From IMG/VR virus record IMGVR_UViG_3300012038_000026, positions 1-37,393 of that record: a stretch of 37,393 nucleotides of DNA. The stretch is one strand, 5' to 3'. A program made the position numbers and the translations under genes. The first letter of the stretch is position 1. Each line of letters opens with the position of its first letter. The notes beneath the pieces were generated by a model. It was not told the origin of the DNA and did not search any database. It was given only the letters and a program-made list of their open reading frames with translations. This DNA is from a virus. Its lineage: Duplodnaviria > Caudoviricetes. Positions 37,047-37,393 of this stretch are shown here, one piece after another.

Positions 37047-37063
37047 TGTATACTGAGTATATA
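37047..37063. repeat. Dispersed palindrome copy 8 (TGTATACTGAGTATATA)
   Basis: Non-coding region, ~58 nt upstream of the 37121 promoter. Confidence 0.8.
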
Positions 37064-37086
37064 GCTGCATATGGTGTGAACATGAG

Positions 37087-37095
37087 TTATTCACA
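37087..37095 (+). promoter_or_regulatory. DnaA box (TTATTCACA)
   Basis: Matches TTWTNCACA; same orientation as the 36831 box. Confidence 0.4.
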
Positions 37096-37120
37096 GCTAG
37101 ATATAGTATGAAATACAGCG

Positions 37121-37149
37121 CTTGCATCTACTATTGCAGGGTTTAAGAT
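37121..37149 (+). promoter_or_regulatory. Sigma70-type promoter (CTTGCRTCTACTA family), probable early promoter
   Basis: TTGCAT (37122-37127), 16 nt, TAAGAT (37144-37149). Confidence 0.6.
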
Positions 37150-37345
37150 GTGCTTAGTTGGATGGACTTTCGGCATGAGCACCTGCGTTGCAGGCAGCGC
37201 CCGGCGGTTTCACCGATCAGCGTGCCGTCAGCTTAAGGATGGTCGCGCTAGCCTACGCCATGCAGGCGAAACATGCATGGGGTCCATGAGACTTTCTACC
37301 GTAGCCAATGCGGAACATTGGTAATTCCATGTAAGGACTACAACA

Positions 37346-37393
37346 ATGAACACGACCAACAACACCGCGCCCGCCACCACCGCTACGTTCAAC
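37346..37393 (+). CDS. 5' end of a hypothetical protein truncated by the window edge
   Basis: TAAGGA RBS, ATG 37346, MNTTNNTAPATTATFN... Confidence 0.6.
   Translation, partial: MNTTNNTAPATTATFN

Noticed and set aside
781-37063. Palindrome copies as CRISPR repeats, LexA boxes or a protelomerase site
   Set aside because: Copies are kilobases apart with no spacer periodicity; spacing does not fit CTGT-N8-ACAG; too short and too numerous for a telRL site, and no protelomerase gene is present.
36251-37127. ORFs 36251-36691, 36414-36632, 36670-36891, 36831-37127 and 36926-37111
   Set aside because: No RBS, atypical Cys/Ala-rich composition; the first crosses an intrinsic terminator.
37155-37321. 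Hammerhead ribozyme or tRNA in the structured leader
   Set aside because: CGAAAC is present but the CUGAnGA core is not; no T-loop GTTCRA or cloverleaf spacing.
1-37393. Stop-codon reassignment suggested by frequent TAG/CTA
   Set aside because: All core genes are full length in the standard code, and TAG terminates several of them (capsid, portal, exonuclease).

Overview
A 37.4-kb segment of a tailed dsDNA bacteriophage with podovirus-type organisation, read in the standard genetic code. The plus strand (1-7.3 kb) carries a replication/recombination module: Cas4/AddB-like Fe-S exonuclease, Sak4-like ATPase, DUF669-type SSB, a small Acb2/Tad1-like hairpin protein, RecD/Dda-like helicase, and a family A DNA polymerase fused to a degenerate UDG-like domain. 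The minus strand (36.1 to 7.3 kb) carries the virion operon: TerS, TerL, portal, scaffold, capsid, tail tubular A/B, two fibre+chaperone pairs, small membrane proteins and a lipoprotein, a GNAT, and four ejection proteins, one with muralytic domains. A ~1.2-kb non-coding control region separates the divergent modules. The most striking unexplained signals are non-coding: (1) a 17-bp palindrome, TGTATACT(C/G)AGTATACA, dispersed in 8 copies; (2) a ~70-nt promoter-to-terminator sRNA with a GU-rich seed complementary to two phage translation-initiation regions; (3) near-total absence of CCWGG; (4) DnaA boxes and a structured leader. All calls come from reading motifs by eye; no database searches were run.
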